A DNA stretch of 10,160 bases from Candidatus Hermodarchaeota archaeon (lineage in GTDB: Archaea; Asgardarchaeota; Hermodarchaeia; Hermodarchaeales; Hermodarchaeaceae). Where the stretch lies: positions 1-10,160 of the forward strand of contig JAEOUH010000054.1 of assembly GCA_016839365.1 (NCBI GenBank), written 5' to 3'. Each line of letters opens with the position of its first letter. Position 1 is the stretch's first letter. Shown in pieces: positions 7,652-10,160 of the stretch. The position numbers and the translations under genes were made by a program. The notes below the pieces were generated by a model. It ran no database searches and was not told where the DNA came from. It worked only from the letters and a program-made list of their open reading frames with translations.

Positions 7652-8167
7652 TTAGTAACGGAATTGTAAACCTAGGAAATGAAGGGGTTTCCGTTGGATC
7701 TTCTCTTTGGGAGTTTCTGCCCGCAATTCCAGAGTGTTGATGATATCATATCCCCGTCGAACAAAGAAACGTACTGCATCAATATTTCGCGGCACCACCG
7801 ATAGATACAAGTTGGATTTACCTGCATTCTTGATGTAATCTTCTGCTGCACGAAGCAATGCGGTACCTACACCTCGAATTCGCCAATTCTCGGTGACTCC
7901 TAGTTCACGAAGAAAATATGCTCCCTCGTGTAGCTCAATTCGACAAAAACCCACAACCTTCTTTTCTTGCTTTTCTTCAGCAATAAGGATATGCGAGGAT
8001 TCCTGAAGCATATCTTGAGGGATCATTGTGGCTGCTTCCTCGGGTGGGAGTGGCCCTCGTTCATTTAGTCGCCGATGAAATGTAAAAAACTCAGCAACTA
8101 AATTGGTTAAGCTCACAAAATCCTCATCAGTGTATTCCCGAATGGATACCAGGTTCTCAGCACTCAT
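7652..8167 (-). CDS. GNAT-family N-acetyltransferase
   Basis: SIREYTDED start, VVGFC strand, acetyl-CoA motif A (V.ENWRIRGVGTALL) and motif B (NIDAVRFFVRRGY). RBS GGAGG at 8179-8175. Substrate unknown. Confidence 0.9.
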   Translation of the reverse strand: MSAENLVSIREYTDEDFVSLTNLVAEFFTFHRRLNERGPLPPEEAATMIPQDMLQESSHILIAEEKQEKKVVGFCRIELHEGAYFLRELGVTENWRIRGVGTALLRAAEDYIKNAGKSNLYLSVVPRNIDAVRFFVRRGYDIINTLELRAETPKEKIQRKPLHFLGLQFRY

Positions 8168-8220
8168 GAAAATCCCTCCGACATAAGCAAAATGGTGTCA
8201 GAACAGATAAGCCTTGTCAA

Positions 8221-8269
8221 TAAAAAAGAGAATTGTGGGGCAGTACGCACCCAACAACGTACCGCCCCA
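8221..8269 (-). terminator. Stem-loop plus T-tract downstream of the padR/membrane-protein unit
   Basis: Minus strand TGGGGCGGTACG-(10 nt)-CGTACTGCCCCA (arms 8269-8258 and 8247-8236) forms 12 bp including one G:U that pairs only on the minus strand. It is followed by CAATTCTCTTTTTTA and starts 21 nt after the stop at 8291. Confidence 0.7.
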
Positions 8270-8290
8270 AGGGGATAGACATATTCTCTG

Positions 8291-9448
8291 CTAAAATTCG
8301 TCAATGCACACTTCGTAACCGTTGGCTAGGGGCTGAATGTAGATGTTGACCTGCACCAGGTTGATCACCATAGCGACTAAGCTAATGAGAATCAGTAGAG
8401 GACCGAGCCACCATATCCATGGGAACACGAATGCTTTCCAATGCAGGAGGCTCCATAAGGCCCCGTTCCAGATGGGAATAGGCCAGGACAGTGTCCCATA
8501 GAAGAATAGTGTTAGAGTCCAAATCCCAACTAATGCAAAGAGGGTGTCAACGGATGCTAATAGGCGGGCGCCTGCCAGAGAGCTGTCGCCGACTAAGATT
8601 CGTACGGTAGTAAGACCGGCTTGTGTTAGCCCAAAGAAGGCTAACCAATAGAGCACTGTGATTTCAAGGGTAGGATAAGCTGGTACAATAATGGGTAGAA
8701 CGGTAGCAAAGACTAGGGCAATAATGATGCCTATAATATGGCCGAGGAGTTTGCCTAATAGTGGGCCTCGACCAGTTAGGTCGTTGTATTTCTTCACGCG
8801 TTTATTGACCCGCCTTTGAGTGCGGGGAATGCGTTGTTCTTCTTTCTTTCCATGGTCTTCTATGAGGCCACGGATGATTTCAGTTATCGGGGGACCCGAG
8901 GGATGGGATAAACCTAACATCACCAAATAGGAGATGATAAATCCTGCAAAGACCCAGACCTGAGCGACTACACCTAAGAGGATGTATGGTAAGAGAAAGG
9001 TTATGGGGACAACGCTCATGTTGAGTAACACTACTGTGACCAAATAGGCAATGAGGACTAGGTCCGCGATTACGATCCCAATGATCACCCACCAGAAGTA
9101 TTGACGGTATTGGGGTGTGAGGACATCGAGGAAGCTTCGAGCCATTTCAATGTCACTCTGTTCCTTTTCTCGTCGGAATTCTCGTGCCACAATGTCGGGG
9201 CTGCCCATCGCAACGACGGCATCCCATGCGGCCGCGGTGGTTATGCGTCCACTAGGTTCGCTGGCTTGTTCGAGGAGGTGGGATCGGAGTTCAGGGATCA
9301 CTTCGTCGGCCACTTCTTTGGGAAGTCGAGCCTTCACTTGATCTAAGTAGTCTGCGATGATTTTTCGAGCTGATGCTTCATCACCCGGTGAGGGTACGTG
9401 AGGGGGTTTCCCATCGCCCGAATATTCGTCTTGAGGATTGTTTGACAT
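8291..9448 (-). CDS. Integral membrane protein with N-terminal HAAS-like helical domain (PadR partner)
   Basis: IIADYLDQVKARLP...EVIPELRSHLLE...AVVAMGSPDIVAREF matches the YL..l...L / E...Hl / GsP..iA pattern of HAAS (DUF1700-like) domains, followed by about 6 hydrophobic segments. Start moved to ATG 9448 (MSNNPQ), 1 nt after the padR stop, giving 385 aa. Confidence 0.8.
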   Translation of the reverse strand: MSNNPQDEYSGDGKPPHVPSPGDEASARKIIADYLDQVKARLPKEVADEVIPELRSHLLEQASEPSGRITTAAAWDAVVAMGSPDIVAREFRREKEQSDIEMARSFLDVLTPQYRQYFWWVIIGIVIADLVLIAYLVTVVLLNMSVVPITFLLPYILLGVVAQVWVFAGFIISYLVMLGLSHPSGPPITEIIRGLIEDHGKKEEQRIPRTQRRVNKRVKKYNDLTGRGPLLGKLLGHIIGIIIALVFATVLPIIVPAYPTLEITVLYWLAFFGLTQAGLTTVRILVGDSSLAGARLLASVDTLFALVGIWTLTLFFYGTLSWPIPIWNGALWSLLHWKAFVFPWIWWLGPLLILISLVAMVINLVQVNIYIQPLANGYEVCIDEF

Positions 9449-9449
9449 T

Positions 9450-9926
9450 TCACTCACTTTCTTGGATTTCCGCTCCGCAGTTTGCACAATAGATTGCTCC
9501 AGGGTACACTTGGTTGCCGCAGGAGGTGCAGAATCGCACATGCTCTTGGTAGTCACTGTTCGATTCTCGCCCCACCGCGATGCCGCGGAAGAGCGGGTCC
9601 AATGAAATCACTAAGTCATTCCAAAACTCTAGCATGGCTAGAAGTTGTTTGTCCCCAGCTGCAGTCAGCTGGTAGTACTTGCGTGGGCGTTCACCAGAAA
9701 CGTCCCAGTTGCTGCGGACCATTTTTTGTTCTTCGAGACGGCGGAGCAACGGGTAGAGTGTGCCATCTTGAACGATGAGCCGATCAGCAGTGCGCTCGCG
9801 GATGCTTTGGGCAATGGCGTAACCGAAGCTGGACTCCTTTTCCTTAATTACGGCGAGGACAAGGAGCCGAAGGAGGCCCCGGCGCACGTCACTTTCCCAT
9901 GTTTCAAGTTGTTTTTGTTTCGGCAT
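9450..9926 (-). CDS. PadR-family winged-helix transcriptional regulator with C-terminal zinc ribbon
   Basis: RRGLLRLLVLAVI...FGYAI...DGTLYPLLRRLEEQKMV...RPRKYYQLTAAG is the PadR signature. The C-terminus FCTSCG-x9-CANCG is a zinc ribbon. Start moved to ATG 9926 with GGAG at 9937-9934, giving 158 aa. Confidence 0.92.
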   Translation of the reverse strand: MPKQKQLETWESDVRRGLLRLLVLAVIKEKESSFGYAIAQSIRERTADRLIVQDGTLYPLLRRLEEQKMVRSNWDVSGERPRKYYQLTAAGDKQLLAMLEFWNDLVISLDPLFRGIAVGRESNSDYQEHVRFCTSCGNQVYPGAIYCANCGAEIQESE

Positions 9927-10038
9927 GGATGTTCTCCGCCTGAGAGCGGTTGTCGAAGGCAGCAAGCTTGTATTGTGTGCAAGACAATGCGCCTTGATAG
10001 GCACAGAATCTCGCTACACAAGATACCTTGCCACGCTA

Positions 10039-10070
10039 TGTATATCGGTTGATACAACTATATAAAGTTG
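10039..10070 (-). promoter_or_regulatory. TATA box with overlapping inverted repeats (candidate padR promoter/operator)
   Basis: TTTATATA on the minus strand at 10066-10059 is a consensus archaeal TATA box. Dyads: CAACT-N6-AGTTG (10055-10070) and TGTAT-N8-ATACA (10039-10056). Confidence 0.6.
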
Positions 10071-10082
10071 ATGGATTTGATG

Positions 10083-10144
10083 AAAAATGGGTACAGGCAG
10101 ACCTTTGCTGGAGGGTTCACCCGAAAAAGCAGGTCTGCCTGTAC
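10083..10144 (-). repeat. Perfect 14-bp inverted repeat / long hairpin with a T-tract on the minus strand (terminator-like or structured RNA)
   Basis: GTACAGGCAGACCT (10091-10104) and AGGTCTGCCTGTAC (10131-10144) are exact reverse complements. Inner GCT/AGC and GGG/CCC helices are possible. On the minus strand it is followed by CCATTTTT (10090-10083). Confidence 0.7.
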
Positions 10145-10160
10145 GAGCGGTATGTTCCGC

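Noticed and set aside
8192-8220. Bacterial sigma70 promoter for the GNAT gene (TTGACA on minus at 8220-8215)
   Set aside because: The hexamer 17 nt downstream is CACCAT, a poor -10 box, and the rest of the locus looks archaeal.
8291-8420. C-terminus of the HAAS membrane protein as the archaeosortase substrate
   Set aside because: The last TM helix is followed by a neutral/acidic tail, not a basic cluster, and the protein is polytopic with no signal peptide.
9449-10004. Longer starts at 9556 (membrane protein) and 10004 (PadR)
   Set aside because: 9556 would overlap the PadR zinc ribbon by over 100 nt; 10004 lacks an RBS whereas 9926 has GGAG at 7 nt.
8880-10057. ORFs 8880-9092, 9101-9346, 9117-9341, 9482-9778, 9645-10052, 9848-10057
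   Set aside because: They overlap the padR or membrane-protein genes in other frames or antisense and have no motif support.
10091-10144. SECIS element or tRNA fragment
   Set aside because: No AUGA/GA core, the GAA/A bulge is in the opposite order to the methanococcal SECIS, no in-frame UGA selenoprotein is visible, and GGTTCA is not in a T-arm or cloverleaf context.
1-10160. CRISPR array, transposase/integrase, rRNA or tRNA genes
   Set aside because: No regularly spaced repeats or recognisable motifs; nearly all of the window is accounted for by protein-coding genes.

Overview
Archaeal-looking window: archaeal-type PyrI/PyrF/PyrK, an archaeosortase, TATA-box promoters and GGAG/GAGGT ribosome-binding sites. 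An Asgard- or TACK-like origin is plausible but is only inference. Most of the window is a de novo pyrimidine cluster covering every step from carbamoyl phosphate to UMP, split into two convergent operons. The + strand carries pyrB-pyrI-(pyrF::pyrE fusion). The - strand carries pyrD-pyrC-pyrK followed by an exosortase/archaeosortase-family gene. The two operons meet tail-to-tail with a 2-bp gap. Upstream on + is the 3' part of a TPR-like helical protein. At the right end, all on -, are a PadR-family regulator with a C-terminal zinc ribbon, a coupled membrane protein with an N-terminal HAAS-like domain, and a GNAT acetyltransferase; two GC-rich hairpins with T-tracts bracket the padR unit. The most notable items are the reverse-order UMP synthase built from an archaeal-type OMP decarboxylase, the archaeosortase inside a pyr operon, the PadR-zinc-ribbon/HAAS membrane signalling pair with a candidate operator, and a motif shared by both pyr promoter regions. 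No rRNA, tRNA, CRISPR array or transposase was seen.
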